DNA of 64,000 nucleotides from Flavobacteriaceae bacterium (GTDB lineage: Bacteria; Bacteroidota; Bacteroidia; Flavobacteriales; Flavobacteriaceae). A program made the position numbers and the translations under genes. Positions 1-10,266 of this stretch are shown here, one piece after another; position 1 is the first letter of the stretch; the number at the start of each line of letters is the position of its first letter. The notes beneath the pieces are model-generated. The model saw nothing but the letters and a program-made list of their open reading frames with translations, did no database searches and was not told the origin of the DNA. Location: assembly GCA_965200045.1 (NCBI GenBank), contig OZ241330.1:293888-357887 (forward strand), given 5' to 3'.

Positions 1-1
1 T

Positions 2-289
2 CGAAACATTAAATTGTCCCAGGATTTGAGAATACAATCTCAAAGTATTTATCGATCTCTATTATACGCTAAAAAAGCGATTGAAACATGCCCTATTCAT
101 CTCATTAAAAGGGAAGTGACAAAAACAATCAACCAATTACCAAATTTAAAATTGGATTATTTTGAAATTGTAGAGCCCAAGACCTTAACCCCCATTTCAA
201 AAGCACAAAAAGGTCAATCGTATAGAGGTTGTATAGCTGTATATGCTCGTCATATAAGATTGATCGACAACATTGAAATCCACTATTAA
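2..289 (+). CDS. panC: pantoate--beta-alanine ligase (pantothenate synthetase), C-terminal fragment; 5' end outside window
   Basis: The frame is open from the window edge, and the track ORF 14..289 begins at an internal TTG. Translation ..RNIKLSQDL.. and the C-terminal ..YARHIRLIDNIEIHY match the SRN..L and R(L/V)IDN signatures of PanC as I remember them. Confidence 0.75.
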   Translation, partial: RNIKLSQDLRIQSQSIYRSLLYAKKAIETCPIHLIKREVTKTINQLPNLKLDYFEIVEPKTLTPISKAQKGQSYRGCIAVYARHIRLIDNIEIHY

Positions 290-448
290 ACCGTCATGCC
301 CTTTGCCTATAATGATATCTTTGTCTTGTTAAACGATTTGTATTTGTTCATTGGAAAATCCCAATCGGCTTGGCTCAAGCCAATGTCTTCTCTAGACCAA
401 GTTGCCTTATAGAATTCACTACGTTCTTTAAATAACCCCAACTCTGCA

Positions 449-1435
449 TTGATAAAGAAAAAAACAATCTTTCAACTGGCCAAAGTAATCGTCCCACTGG
501 CATTAGGCCTCTTTTTTATTTATCTGACCTACCAAACCACCTCCGCAGATGAACGAAAAACTATTTTCACTCATTTAATGCAGACCCCTGAATGGGTGGT
601 TTTACTATCCATTTTAATTGGAGTTTGCAGCCATGTCTCTAGGGCCATTCGGTGGCGTTATATGCTGACACCTATGGGCTATAAAACGAAAATAATCAAT
701 AATCTTCTGTCGATTATGGTGGCTTATTTGGCTAATTTAGGGATTCCGAGAAGTGGCGAAATCTTAAGAGCATCAACCATTGCGACTTATGAAAAAGTTC
801 CTTTCCCCATGGCCATCGGGAATATAGTGGCCGAACGGATCATCGATTTATTGATGTTAGGAATTTTCACTTTAGTTGCTTTTGTGCTTAATGTTAAGGA
901 AATCAGTCAAATCTTTGCTGAAAACTTTAGATCATGGTTCGAATCCGCTTTTATTATTTCAATTATCATTTTACTATTATACCAACTGACACAGTATCTT
1001 AAAAAAAGAATCAAAAGCAAAAAAGCTAACCGGATTCGACATTTTTACAATCAGTTTGTTCAGGGAGTCCAAATCCTACTACAAATGCCCAACAAATTGT
1101 TTTACATTCTTCATTCAATATTCATTTGGATGATGTACTTTCTAATGTTTTTTGTGGCCAAATTTGCCATACAAGACACCTACGACATTTCTTTAGATGT
1201 TTTATTGCCAGCCTTTGTCATAGGTATTTTGACCATTGCAACAACCAATGGCGGCTTGGGCGTTTATCCATTGGCCGTGGGCACTTATCTATTTTCTTTT
1301 GGTATTTCAAAAGAATCTGGTCTCGCTTTTGGATGGATTGTTTGGACCATACAAACAGGACTGATCGTGATCTTTGGTGGCTTATCTTTTGGGGTTTTAC
1401 CTCTTGTGAATCGATCCTTGACTTCCAAATCCTAA
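449..1435 (+). CDS. multi-pass membrane protein, flippase-like / lysylphosphatidylglycerol-synthase TM-region family (UPF0104-like)
   Basis: 328 aa with about 8 hydrophobic spans and a TTG start. The overall pattern (..SRAIRWRYML.., ..PRSGEILRA..) resembles the UPF0104 family. Assignment by eye only. Confidence 0.55.
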   Translation: MIKKKTIFQLAKVIVPLALGLFFIYLTYQTTSADERKTIFTHLMQTPEWVVLLSILIGVCSHVSRAIRWRYMLTPMGYKTKIINNLLSIMVAYLANLGIPRSGEILRASTIATYEKVPFPMAIGNIVAERIIDLLMLGIFTLVAFVLNVKEISQIFAENFRSWFESAFIISIIILLLYQLTQYLKKRIKSKKANRIRHFYNQFVQGVQILLQMPNKLFYILHSIFIWMMYFLMFFVAKFAIQDTYDISLDVLLPAFVIGILTIATTNGGLGVYPLAVGTYLFSFGISKESGLAFGWIVWTIQTGLIVIFGGLSFGVLPLVNRSLTSKS

Positions 1436-1438
1436 TTG

Positions 1439-2800
1439 ATGAAAAAGAGCAAAACCATTTATATCTGTCAAGCTTGTGGGGCTCGATATGTTCAATGGCA
1501 AGGCCAGTGTTCATCTTGCCATCAATGGCAAACCATCGTCAAGCAAGTTATCGATGATGCCCCTATTAAAACTTGGGCCGATTCTGATATTTCCTCAAGG
1601 ACATCGAAACCGATTAAAATCCAACAGATAGCAACCCAAAATAGCCCTAGAATAAACACTGGAGACAAAGAATTTAATCGGGTTTTAGGCGGAGGGATTG
1701 TCTTAGGATCAATGGTTTTAATCGGAGGGGAACCGGGTATTGGAAAGTCTACCTTACTCTTACAAATCTCCTTAAATCTTCCACAAAAGGTGCTTTATGT
1801 CAGTGGGGAAGAAAGTGCCCAACAAATCAAATTACGCTCTAATCGAATCGGGAAAAATGAAAACAATTGTTATGTGTTGGCCGAAACCAAACTCGAAAAA
1901 ATATTCAATGAAATAAAACAACTATTGCCAGAATTGGTGGTCGTCGATTCGATTCAAACATTGACGACCCAAACAGTCGATTCAGCGGCTTCTTCGGTCA
2001 CACAAGTTCGAACATGTACTGCCCAATTATTGGAGTTTGCCAAAAGCAAAAATGTTCCAGTGATTTTAATTGGTCATATCACCAAAGAAGGTCATTTAGC
2101 AGGCCCCAAGGTCTTAGAGCACATGGTGGATACCGTCCTGCTTTTTGAAGGAGATCGAAATTATTCGCACCGCATATTGAGAACACAAAAAAATCGATTT
2201 GGCCCGGCTTTCGAACTAGGCATCTATCAAATGAACCATGATGGCTTGGCCATCGTTGACAATCCAAGTGAAATTCTCATCAGTCAAAAAGATGATCAAT
2301 CGAGTGGTTATTCCATTGCGGTTACCGTTGAAGGGGTTCGTCCTTTACTAATTGAAGTACAAGCACTAGTCAGTAAAGCCGTTTATGGAACTCCTCAAAG
2401 GAGCTCGACAGGATTTAACGGCAAAAGGCTTAATATGCTACTGGCTATTTTAGAAAAAAGAGTGGGATTTTCATTTGGAGACAAGGATGTTTTCGTCAAT
2501 ATCACCGGCGGAATCAAAGTAGAAGAACCGGCCATTGATCTGGCCGTTGTGATGGCGGTTCTTTCAAGTTATTTTGATTTATCTATTTCACAATGGGTTT
2601 GTTTTGCGGCTGAAATTGGTTTGTCGGGAGAAATTAGAGCTGTACCCAAAATAGATGCCCGAATTAAAGAAGCTCAAAAAAGAGGTTACAAAGAATTTGC
2701 TTTATCTCAATACAACAAAACATCAAATCATGGGAACAAAGTGACTCTGCATCTGTTTGATAAAATTGAAAAGGTAATAAAACACTTTTTTAGTCCGTAA
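1439..2800 (+). CDS. radA: DNA repair protein RadA/Sms
   Basis: N-terminal C4 zinc ribbon (CQACGARYVQWQGQCSSC), Walker A GGEPGIGKST, the KNRFG motif and a Lon-protease-like C-terminal domain. ATG 1439 is preferred over the adjacent TTG 1436 used by the track. Confidence 0.95.
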   Translation: MKKSKTIYICQACGARYVQWQGQCSSCHQWQTIVKQVIDDAPIKTWADSDISSRTSKPIKIQQIATQNSPRINTGDKEFNRVLGGGIVLGSMVLIGGEPGIGKSTLLLQISLNLPQKVLYVSGEESAQQIKLRSNRIGKNENNCYVLAETKLEKIFNEIKQLLPELVVVDSIQTLTTQTVDSAASSVTQVRTCTAQLLEFAKSKNVPVILIGHITKEGHLAGPKVLEHMVDTVLLFEGDRNYSHRILRTQKNRFGPAFELGIYQMNHDGLAIVDNPSEILISQKDDQSSGYSIAVTVEGVRPLLIEVQALVSKAVYGTPQRSSTGFNGKRLNMLLAILEKRVGFSFGDKDVFVNITGGIKVEEPAIDLAVVMAVLSSYFDLSISQWVCFAAEIGLSGEIRAVPKIDARIKEAQKRGYKEFALSQYNKTSNHGNKVTLHLFDKIEKVIKHFFSP

Positions 2801-2908
2801 AGGGATCCGTTTTAATGATACCGATCGTATAAACTTCTTGAGATATCGGATCGTTTAGCAAGTGTTGATAAGAGGTATTTTGAGTGTTATATGTTAAAAA
2901 AAACAACC

Positions 2909-3222
2909 TTAGAAACGACAAAATTCGCTGTTTTGAGATATTTCTTGAGATCCATTCGAATAAAAGATATGTTGGTTTTCTAAAATTTCTTGTTGATACA
3001 AAGGATCAGCACAACGAATAGATTCGATTTCAACAAACTCAATTTTTTATTCAATTTTTCTTCTAAATCATCCCAAAGGGTAGCGAAATCCCAACCACAA
3101 GGTTTCTGGAAAGAGTATAAGATACCAATGGATTTGGTATTGTTCTTAAAGACGCCTAATTGATGCAGTTCATAAGGTTCAAACGTTTGAATAATAATGG
3201 TTTTTTCTTTTTCTGTAATCAT
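2909..3222 (-). pseudogene. frameshifted MNT-like (nucleotidyltransferase-fold) antitoxin paralogue of 57717..58034
   Basis: The track ORF 2980..3222 (MITEKEKTIIIQTFEPYELHQLGVFKNNTKSIGILYSFQKPCGWDF..) aligns with the 58034 copy up to ..LEEKLNKK. After a shift of one nucleotide at the A-run near 3045-3050 the other frame continues IEFVEIESIRCADPLYQQEILENQHIFY, which matches IDFIELSEVSIQRHYLQKQIAENKEMFYY. Confidence 0.6.
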
Positions 3223-3414
3223 ACATAATTACTTTATGTCATACAAAGATGCCATAAGAAATACGGATTTATACCAAAGTGGTAAAAGCTGACTAAAAAT
3301 AGTTGAACATGGCAAATCCTATTTCACTAAATTTTCGTCAATGATTTGATGGTGCGTATTATCCTTCCATCACATCGAATCACACTTCAAAAAGAATTTT
3401 TGAGAAAGAAAAAA

Positions 3415-3834
3415 GCCGTGGTCGAATTAAAAAAATAAGTGCAATTTTGAATAGCCAAAAAATGACTTTATAGACACAAAATAAATGCCAACTGAGCTAA
3501 TCTTGAGGCTGGCTCGATTTGACTGTTTTAATCAGTATCAAAAACAAAAAAGAGAAAAAAGCTCCGACGCCGAGCAACCATTGAACCCGTGATTGATTAT
3601 CTAAAAGATAATATCGTATGGAAGAAAACTATCTGATAGACACCCCGTCATCCACAACCAACGACTATTTGTCAACTTATGGATGGGATTTGAAGCTATT
3701 CATGGAAAAACGAGTCCGAGATGATCTCTTTTTTACTTTTTCAGAAGGCATAAATTTTCAATTCAAAAAAACTCTCATAGAAAAACTAACATAATCCCAG
3801 TCGGAGAAAATGAGTTTTTAGGGAGCAACTGACT
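3415..3834 (+). mobile_element. remnant of the 3' end of an IS5-family element, same family as 37700..39209
   Basis: The translation contains ..KKEKKLRRRATIEPVIDYLK.. with stops, compare ..QKKQKKFRRRAAMEPLIGHLK of the 37860 transposase. The DNA downstream is alignable with 37700-37860 and ends in the terminal repeat gagtttttagggagcaactgact (3812..3834). Confidence 0.6.
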
Positions 3835-3858
3835 AAAAAAACAAACCAAAAAACAATT

Positions 3859-5199
3859 ATGGATACCATCATTAACAATTTTTTGAGCGAAGTTGAAGCT
3901 CGAAATCGCCATCAGCCTGAATTTATGCAGGCGGTTTCTGAAGTGGTCGAAACCGTCATTCCTTATATCGTTTCACAAAAAATTTACTACGGACAAAATA
4001 TATTGCTACGTATGGTGGAACCTGAAAGAGTGATTTCTTTTCGGGTAGCTTGGGTCGATGAAGCCGGTGAAATCCGGGTCAATAGAGGATATCGCGTGGA
4101 AATGAATTCGGCCATTGGTCCATACAAAGGCGGTTTGCGTTTTCATCCCAATGTGAATCTGAGTATTTTAAAGTTTCTGGCTTTTGAACAAATTTTTAAA
4201 AATGCGTTAACGACCCTTCCCATGGGTGGAGGGAAAGGAGGTTCAGATTTTGATCCCAAAGGGAAATCCGATATTGATGTGATGCGGTTTTGTCAAAGTT
4301 TTATGACTGAATTGGCCAGACACATTGGGCCAAACAGAGATATTCCAGCTGGAGATATTGGTGTCGGCAGTCGAGAAATCGGCTATATGTTTGGGCAATA
4401 CAAACGCCTAAGAAATGAATTCACTGGCGTATTGACCGGTAAAGGTCTCACATGGGGCGGATCTTTGATTCGGTCGGAAGCCACGGGTTATGGTGTGGTA
4501 TATTTTATAGAAAATATGTTGCAAAATGTCGGTCAGAGCATTCAAGGTAAAACGGTGGTGGTGTCCGGCTCTGGTAATGTGGCTCAATATGCCGCTGAAA
4601 AAGCCATTATCATGGGGGCTAAAGTATTGACCATGTCTGATTCTTCTGGATACATCTTTGATCAGGATGGCATTAACCAAGAAAAACTCCAATACATTAT
4701 GGATTTAAAAAACAATAAAAGAGGACGTATAAAACAATATGTCAAGCAATATCCCAAAGCATCTTACTATGATGGACAAACACCTTGGAATGTCCCTTGT
4801 CAAATCGCCATTCCTTGCGCCACTCAAAATGAATTGCTAGAAAACGATGCCAAAGCACTCATTAAAAACCAATGTATTGCTGTTGGGGAAGGCGCTAATA
4901 TGCCATCCAACCATGGCGCCATCCATCAATTTTTAAATTCCAAAGTACTGTTTGCCCCAGGAAAAGCATCCAATGCTGGAGGGGTGGCTGTTTCAGGATT
5001 GGAAATGGCCCAGAATTCGCTCCGTTTCAGTTGGACTAGAGAACAAGTCAATGAACGGTTAAAAGTCATTATGAACGATATTCATCAGTCTTGTCTGGAT
5101 TACGGCCAAGGGGAAAAAAGGGTTAATTATGTCAAAGGGGCCAATATTGCTGGATTTGTTAAAGTTGCAGATGCTATGTTAGCACAAGGCGTTGTATAA
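3859..5199 (+). CDS. gdhA: NADP-specific glutamate dehydrogenase
   Basis: 446 aa. It has the Glu/Leu/Phe/Val dehydrogenase signature region ..LPMGGGKGGSDFDPKGKS.. and the Rossmann motif ..VSGSGNVAQY.. Confidence 0.95.
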   Translation: MDTIINNFLSEVEARNRHQPEFMQAVSEVVETVIPYIVSQKIYYGQNILLRMVEPERVISFRVAWVDEAGEIRVNRGYRVEMNSAIGPYKGGLRFHPNVNLSILKFLAFEQIFKNALTTLPMGGGKGGSDFDPKGKSDIDVMRFCQSFMTELARHIGPNRDIPAGDIGVGSREIGYMFGQYKRLRNEFTGVLTGKGLTWGGSLIRSEATGYGVVYFIENMLQNVGQSIQGKTVVVSGSGNVAQYAAEKAIIMGAKVLTMSDSSGYIFDQDGINQEKLQYIMDLKNNKRGRIKQYVKQYPKASYYDGQTPWNVPCQIAIPCATQNELLENDAKALIKNQCIAVGEGANMPSNHGAIHQFLNSKVLFAPGKASNAGGVAVSGLEMAQNSLRFSWTREQVNERLKVIMNDIHQSCLDYGQGEKRVNYVKGANIAGFVKVADAMLAQGVV

Positions 5200-5214
5200 G
5201 CTTTTGAATGGCCA

Positions 5215-5940
5215 ATGACAGTGGTTCAAGCACTCATTTTACGGACTATACCCTACGGTGAAAGTTCTTTGATTGTCAACTGCTATACCAAACAATTTGG
5301 TTATCAATCGTATATTTTGAAAGGAATTCGAAAATCCAGAAGTAAACAGGGACTAAAAAAAGCGCTTTTTCAAACCACCAATATTTTGGAAATAGTGACT
5401 AAAAAGTATTCTAGTGATCGACTAGGATACTTAAAAGAAGCGCGAATGGCCTACATCTATCAGAAAATCCCCCTCGATTATCAAAAAAAAACAACCATTC
5501 TATTTTTGTTTGAATTGTTGTACCAATTGCTGAAAAAGGAAGATGGTGTCAACACACAACTTTACGATTTTGTCGCTGAAAATTTAAAATGGTATGACCA
5601 CCACGACGGCGTGACTTCTTTCCATTTGAAGTTTTTAGTAGAAATTACGAAGCACTTGGGTTATTTCCCTGATGTAAGGAATCATGAGGCGATGTATTTT
5701 GATTTGGAAAAATCTCATTTAACAGATCAATTCCCTCGCGGTAATTATTTGGAGGGGCTTCAAAAGGATATGTGGCTATACTTTCTGGGCACAAGTTTTG
5801 ATGAACTTAACTCTAGGCGTTTTAATCCTTTGGAACAAAAGCAGATGCTTAAAAATGTTTTTGACTACTATCGTCAACATTTTTTAAACTTTAAGGTTCC
5901 CTATTCAATCAAATTATTAAATGAAGTCATCGTTGGTTAA
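5215..5940 (+). CDS. recO: DNA repair protein RecO
   Basis: 241 aa with an N-terminal OB-fold-like segment (ALILRTIPYGESSLIVNCYTKQFG..) typical of Bacteroidota RecO. Family match by eye. Confidence 0.8.
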   Translation: MTVVQALILRTIPYGESSLIVNCYTKQFGYQSYILKGIRKSRSKQGLKKALFQTTNILEIVTKKYSSDRLGYLKEARMAYIYQKIPLDYQKKTTILFLFELLYQLLKKEDGVNTQLYDFVAENLKWYDHHDGVTSFHLKFLVEITKHLGYFPDVRNHEAMYFDLEKSHLTDQFPRGNYLEGLQKDMWLYFLGTSFDELNSRRFNPLEQKQMLKNVFDYYRQHFLNFKVPYSIKLLNEVIVG

Positions 5941-8464
5941 ATTGATTTTTACTCTTGGATTCTTTGGGATTGGCGTTTTAGGGTATTCCCAAACCATTAT
6001 GGTTAAAGATCGCCAAACCCAAGAGCCATTAGAATCCGTTGTGATAGTCGATCAGGAGCTGAATTCAACCATTACGGATGCCCGAGGGGCAGCCAATATC
6101 AGCGATTTGAATTCTGGAGATTTGTTGACCGTTTCCAGATTGGGTTATCAAGATTATCAGTTGGTCAACGATTCATCCCAAATAAATATTCAAGTATTCC
6201 TAGAACAAGAACCGGAGTCACTTGATGAAATTGTGTTATCGGTAGCTCGGAGTGAAATTACAAGGGATCAAGTGGCTGAAAAAGTCAATATCATATCCAA
6301 GCGTGATATCGAATTTTCTCGTCCCTCTACCGGTGCCGAATTGATTAGACTCAGTCCGGGAGTTCGATTGCAAAAGTCTCAAGGTGGCGGGGGAAGTCCT
6401 ATATTGAGAGGGCTTGAAGCCAATCGAATTCTCATGGTGGTTGATGGTATACGAATGAACAATGCCATTTACCGATCTGGACATCATCAGTATGCATTAT
6501 CCATTGACCCTCATACCATAGAAAGAGTCGAAGTGACTTTTGGTTCTTCTTCGGTTGGTTATGGCTCCGATGGTCTAGGTGGGGTCATCCACTACTATAC
6601 CAAATCACCTCGATTGAATGCTGATGGCTATAATAATTTCACGCTCAATAGTAATTTGAGTACAGCCGACAGGCAAATCATCAACAATGTTTCACTGGAA
6701 TGGGGTTTTGAAAAGTGGGGTTCACTGACAAGTATCACCTATTCTGATTTTGGGGATATCAAGATGGGAAGCGTTCGAAACCATGGATTCGAAAATTGGG
6801 GATTGGTCCCTTTTTATTCTAGAAATAATCGTGATGTTTTTGCTCCAAACGCCATTATCAATACGGATCCTCTAATTCAAAAAAATTCGGGATACCAACA
6901 ATTGGATGTCTTTCAAAAATTTATTTATCAACTAGATACAAATAAGCAACTGGCTTTCAACCTTCAATTTTCTACCACTACTGATGTCCCAAGATTTGAT
7001 CGTCTGGTTGAAACCCGAAATGATTTCTTACGATATGCCGAATGGTATTATGGACCCCAAAAAAGATTTTTACTCAGTGGACAATATAAGTTTTACTCCA
7101 ATTGGTTCTTTTTAAACAAAGGAATCATTACCCTGGGATATCAAAACGTTAAAGAATCTCGTATCAACCGCTCGTTCACTTCATTGGAACGAAATATTCA
7201 AGAAGAAGATGTTGATGTGTTTAGTTTGAATGCAGATTTTGATTTCAAACTCAATAAAATTCACAAGTTTTCTTATGGATTTGAAGCCACACTGAATACC
7301 GTTAGTTCATTTGCTTTGGCTTATACCATCGTTTATGATGAAAATATATTGACCAGACCATATGACCCTGGTCTTATAGAAATAACCAATTCTATTTTGG
7401 ATGTGCCTATCATTGATATTTTTGGCTCTCGAGCCATTCCCAGTCGATACCCTAGTGATTATAGTTATTTAGGGACACTAGCCGCCTATGCCAATTGGGT
7501 ATGGAAATTCAATCCAAAATTCAGTTTGAATGTAGGATTTCGCATGAATTATGTTGAAGTGTTTGCCAAGTGGAATGACATTGCTAACATCGATGCTTTG
7601 CTTGACCAAACCCGTGTTATTAACGTGGTATCAAGTGAAACCGTTTCATTGATCTATCGTCCAAACAATTTGACACAATGGAATTTTATCCTATCGAGTG
7701 GGTTTCGTAATCCTAATATCGATGATTTAGGAAAAATTCGACAAAGTGGTCTTGATTTATTAGTTCCAAACAATTTTTTAAAGGCAGAATACGCCTATAA
7801 TTTAGACATTGGTATGGACAAACGATTCAATCAATCTAATAACTTTATTTCCATTAGAGCTTATGGGACCATTCTTTCACGACACATTGGAAGAGATCAG
7901 TTCCAGATTATTACGGATGAATCAACAGAGGATGAAAACACCATACTTTATAACGATCAAGAACTCAGAACCATAGCTAACAAAAACCTTGGGGATCGCT
8001 ACCTTTACGGAGCTACTTTTGATTCTAGGATAACCTTATTTAAAAATTTAGACCTTCTCTCTAGTTTAACCTACACCGAAGGGGTCAAACATGATACCTA
8101 TGGGCCTTTACCATCCATTTCACCTTTATTTGGTTCTACCAAGCTTGAATTCAATCACAACCGGTTTCGAGTCTTCTTAGGACTTGAATTTAGTGATGCC
8201 AAAAGTCCTAAAGATTACAGTATAGGAGGCGAAGATGGTCTTGAAGAAACCCCTATTCTTCAAAATTTAGGTGATGAAATGTATCTATACAACGGGACTC
8301 CTTCATGGATGACGGTTAATTTTAATAGTCAAGTCCAAATTGCCAAAAAAGCAAGCATCAAACTAGGCCTTGAAAACATTTTTGACATCCATTACAAGCC
8401 CTTTGCTTCAGGAATTTCTTCCCCCGGTCGAAACTATAAAATAGGATTACAATACCAGTTCTGA
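5921..8464 (+). CDS. TonB-dependent receptor with CarboxypepD_reg-like N-domain
   Basis: Signal peptide (MKSSLVKLIFTLGFFGIGVLGYSQ), an N-terminal regulatory-like domain, a plug (..ILRGLEANRILMVVDGIRMNN..), a long beta-barrel and a terminal aromatic residue (..LQYQF). It overlaps the recO 3' end by 20 nt. Confidence 0.9.
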   Translation: MKSSLVKLIFTLGFFGIGVLGYSQTIMVKDRQTQEPLESVVIVDQELNSTITDARGAANISDLNSGDLLTVSRLGYQDYQLVNDSSQINIQVFLEQEPESLDEIVLSVARSEITRDQVAEKVNIISKRDIEFSRPSTGAELIRLSPGVRLQKSQGGGGSPILRGLEANRILMVVDGIRMNNAIYRSGHHQYALSIDPHTIERVEVTFGSSSVGYGSDGLGGVIHYYTKSPRLNADGYNNFTLNSNLSTADRQIINNVSLEWGFEKWGSLTSITYSDFGDIKMGSVRNHGFENWGLVPFYSRNNRDVFAPNAIINTDPLIQKNSGYQQLDVFQKFIYQLDTNKQLAFNLQFSTTTDVPRFDRLVETRNDFLRYAEWYYGPQKRFLLSGQYKFYSNWFFLNKGIITLGYQNVKESRINRSFTSLERNIQEEDVDVFSLNADFDFKLNKIHKFSYGFEATLNTVSSFALAYTIVYDENILTRPYDPGLIEITNSILDVPIIDIFGSRAIPSRYPSDYSYLGTLAAYANWVWKFNPKFSLNVGFRMNYVEVFAKWNDIANIDALLDQTRVINVVSSETVSLIYRPNNLTQWNFILSSGFRNPNIDDLGKIRQSGLDLLVPNNFLKAEYAYNLDIGMDKRFNQSNNFISIRAYGTILSRHIGRDQFQIITDESTEDENTILYNDQELRTIANKNLGDRYLYGATFDSRITLFKNLDLLSSLTYTEGVKHDTYGPLPSISPLFGSTKLEFNHNRFRVFLGLEFSDAKSPKDYSIGGEDGLEETPILQNLGDEMYLYNGTPSWMTVNFNSQVQIAKKASIKLGLENIFDIHYKPFASGISSPGRNYKIGLQYQF

Positions 8465-8680
8465 ATGATGATTTGTTTGATTTAATATCATTTGACCCCA
8501 TGCAGGGGTTATTTTAATTCAATTTGCCCAGTTAGCCTCTAAGTTTAAGTTGAAAGCCATTATTTTTACTTGTGTTTATATTCTTTGAATGAGTCCATTA
8601 TTCAAATTAAAAAAAGATTAATTCAAAACAGACCAAAACACGTAAGGGTCCTTTTTTATACTCATTGATTTAAATCAATC

Positions 8681-9835
8681 ATGTCAAGAGTCGATGTTTC
8701 TCCAGATTTGCTTCGCTGGGCTATTGAACGAAATAACCTTCAAATAGACGATTATCTGAAGAAAACCCCACAGCTTCTTCACTGGATCAATGGTGAAAAA
8801 TCACCCACTTTCAAACAGTTGCAAAAGTTTGCCAAACAAACTTATACTCCATTAGGATACTTTTTCCTATCAGAAGTGCCAAAAGAAGAAAATCCCATCG
8901 TAGATTATCGTACAATATCTAAAACATCCCATCAAAAGATAAGCCTTCATCTTAGAAGCACGATTTATGAGATGCAAAGAAGGCAAAATTGGTTGTCTGA
9001 GCGACTCAGAGAAATAGACGCCGGAGCTTTAGATTTCGTTGGAAGTGCTCGCTTAACGGATCCACCAGAATCGGTAGGGAAGGAAATTAGAAAAAAACTG
9101 AACATCAATCAACATTGGCTAAAATCGATACGGACAGTAGAAAATGCGGTATCCAAGTTTCGTTCAAAAATTGAAGACTTAAGAATCATGGCTGTGATTA
9201 ATGGTGTGGTAGGAAATAATAACAACCGTAGACTAAACATCAATGAATTTCGTGGGTTTGCATTAGTTGATAGCTATGCTCCTCTCATATTCGTTAATGG
9301 GGTCGATTCCAAATCGGCTCAAATGTTTACCCTGGCTCATGAACTAGCTCATATTTGGCTTGGTGAAGAAGGAATATCCGGTTTTGAATTTTTATTACCT
9401 AACGACGCGCCTATCGAACAGTGGTGCAACAAGGTGACTGCTGAGTTGTTAGTACCAAAAAAGCATTTTGAAGAAGAATGGGGTAAATGTTCTGAATCCC
9501 CTAATCAATACCAAAACTTATCCAACACATTCAAAGTAAGTCCCCTAGTTATTAGTCGTAGAGCATTGGATTGTGAATTCATCAATAAAAAGGAATGGCT
9601 AGCATTCTACAATAATTATTCAAGTCTCATCAAATCCAATAAGCCAAAATCAAAGGGTGGTGGAAATTATTACAAGAATCTAAATTTTAAGGTAGGGAAA
9701 TTGTTTGCCACTGAGATTGCCATCGCAACTAGGGAGGGGAAGTTAGGATTCCAAAAAGCATTCGATTTAATCGGAGAAAAAGGGGATACTTTTAAAAAGT
9801 ATACCGAAGAAGAGTTAGGAATCCTTCTTAATTGA
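8681..9835 (+). CDS. ImmA/IrrE-family zinc metallopeptidase with N-terminal HTH-like region
   Basis: HEXXH motif (FTLAHELAHIWLG) in a DUF955-type context. The N-terminus (..WINGEKSPTFKQLQKFAKQTYTPLGYFFL) resembles XRE-type HTH extensions of this family. Confidence 0.8.
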   Translation: MSRVDVSPDLLRWAIERNNLQIDDYLKKTPQLLHWINGEKSPTFKQLQKFAKQTYTPLGYFFLSEVPKEENPIVDYRTISKTSHQKISLHLRSTIYEMQRRQNWLSERLREIDAGALDFVGSARLTDPPESVGKEIRKKLNINQHWLKSIRTVENAVSKFRSKIEDLRIMAVINGVVGNNNNRRLNINEFRGFALVDSYAPLIFVNGVDSKSAQMFTLAHELAHIWLGEEGISGFEFLLPNDAPIEQWCNKVTAELLVPKKHFEEEWGKCSESPNQYQNLSNTFKVSPLVISRRALDCEFINKKEWLAFYNNYSSLIKSNKPKSKGGGNYYKNLNFKVGKLFATEIAIATREGKLGFQKAFDLIGEKGDTFKKYTEEELGILLN

Positions 9836-10266
9836 TGATCCATCAAAAATATTTATTGGATACTGACGTTTTGGTAACAGCAGCTCATAGTTATTACTCG
9901 TTTCATATTTGTCCGGGATTTTGGAGCAGCATGATACATTTCAATGAGAGAGGGAGTCTTTTCAGTATCGATTTAGTCCAACAAGAGATAAAATCAGATG
10001 ATATCGTTCAATGGATAAAGGACAAAGTTCCGAATGGCTTTTTCATCGATATTTCAAAACATCTAAACATAATACATCTAGGAAAGCGCATTATGGACGA
10101 CGTTCAAAATACAACACAATACCATAGCAGCGCCATTGATAAGTTCTTTAATGGAGCAGATGTTTGGTTAATTGCGGCAGCTAAAACTCTTAACTATAAA
10201 TTGATTACAAATGAAGTCAGTGCTCCGAATTCAAAAAAGAGATATAAAAATTTCAGATATCTGTGA
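9832..10266 (+). CDS. DUF4411 (PIN-like) protein, C-terminus apparently frameshifted
   Basis: The N-terminus YLLDTDVLVTAAHSYYSFHICPGFW is typical of DUF4411. There is a 4-nt overlap with the ImmA/IrrE gene, which is the usual pairing. The expected C-terminal ..KI(P/S)D(V/I)CD.. continues in the +1 frame to 10348. Confidence 0.7.
   Translation: MMIHQKYLLDTDVLVTAAHSYYSFHICPGFWSSMIHFNERGSLFSIDLVQQEIKSDDIVQWIKDKVPNGFFIDISKHLNIIHLGKRIMDDVQNTTQYHSSAIDKFFNGADVWLIAAAKTLNYKLITNEVSAPNSKKRYKNFRYL

Noticed and set aside
1126-1557. Track ORFs 1126..1557 (+) and 1218..1514 (-) overlapping the membrane protein and radA genes
   Set aside because: These are alternative-frame or antisense shadows of well-supported genes, with low-complexity or Cys/Trp/Arg-rich composition atypical of this genome's proteins.
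8462-8464. Idea that the host genome itself decodes TGA as sense (prompted by the in-frame TGAs in the IS transposases)
   Set aside because: Well-conserved host genes end at TGA exactly where homologues end: the TBDR ends ..LQYQF-TGA, and the ileS TGA overlaps the next gene's ATG. TGA is therefore a genuine stop here.
8495-8515. Possible terminator hairpin acccc-atgca-ggggt after the TonB-dependent receptor gene
   Set aside because: The stem is only 5 bp and the T-tract is interrupted, which is too weak to call.
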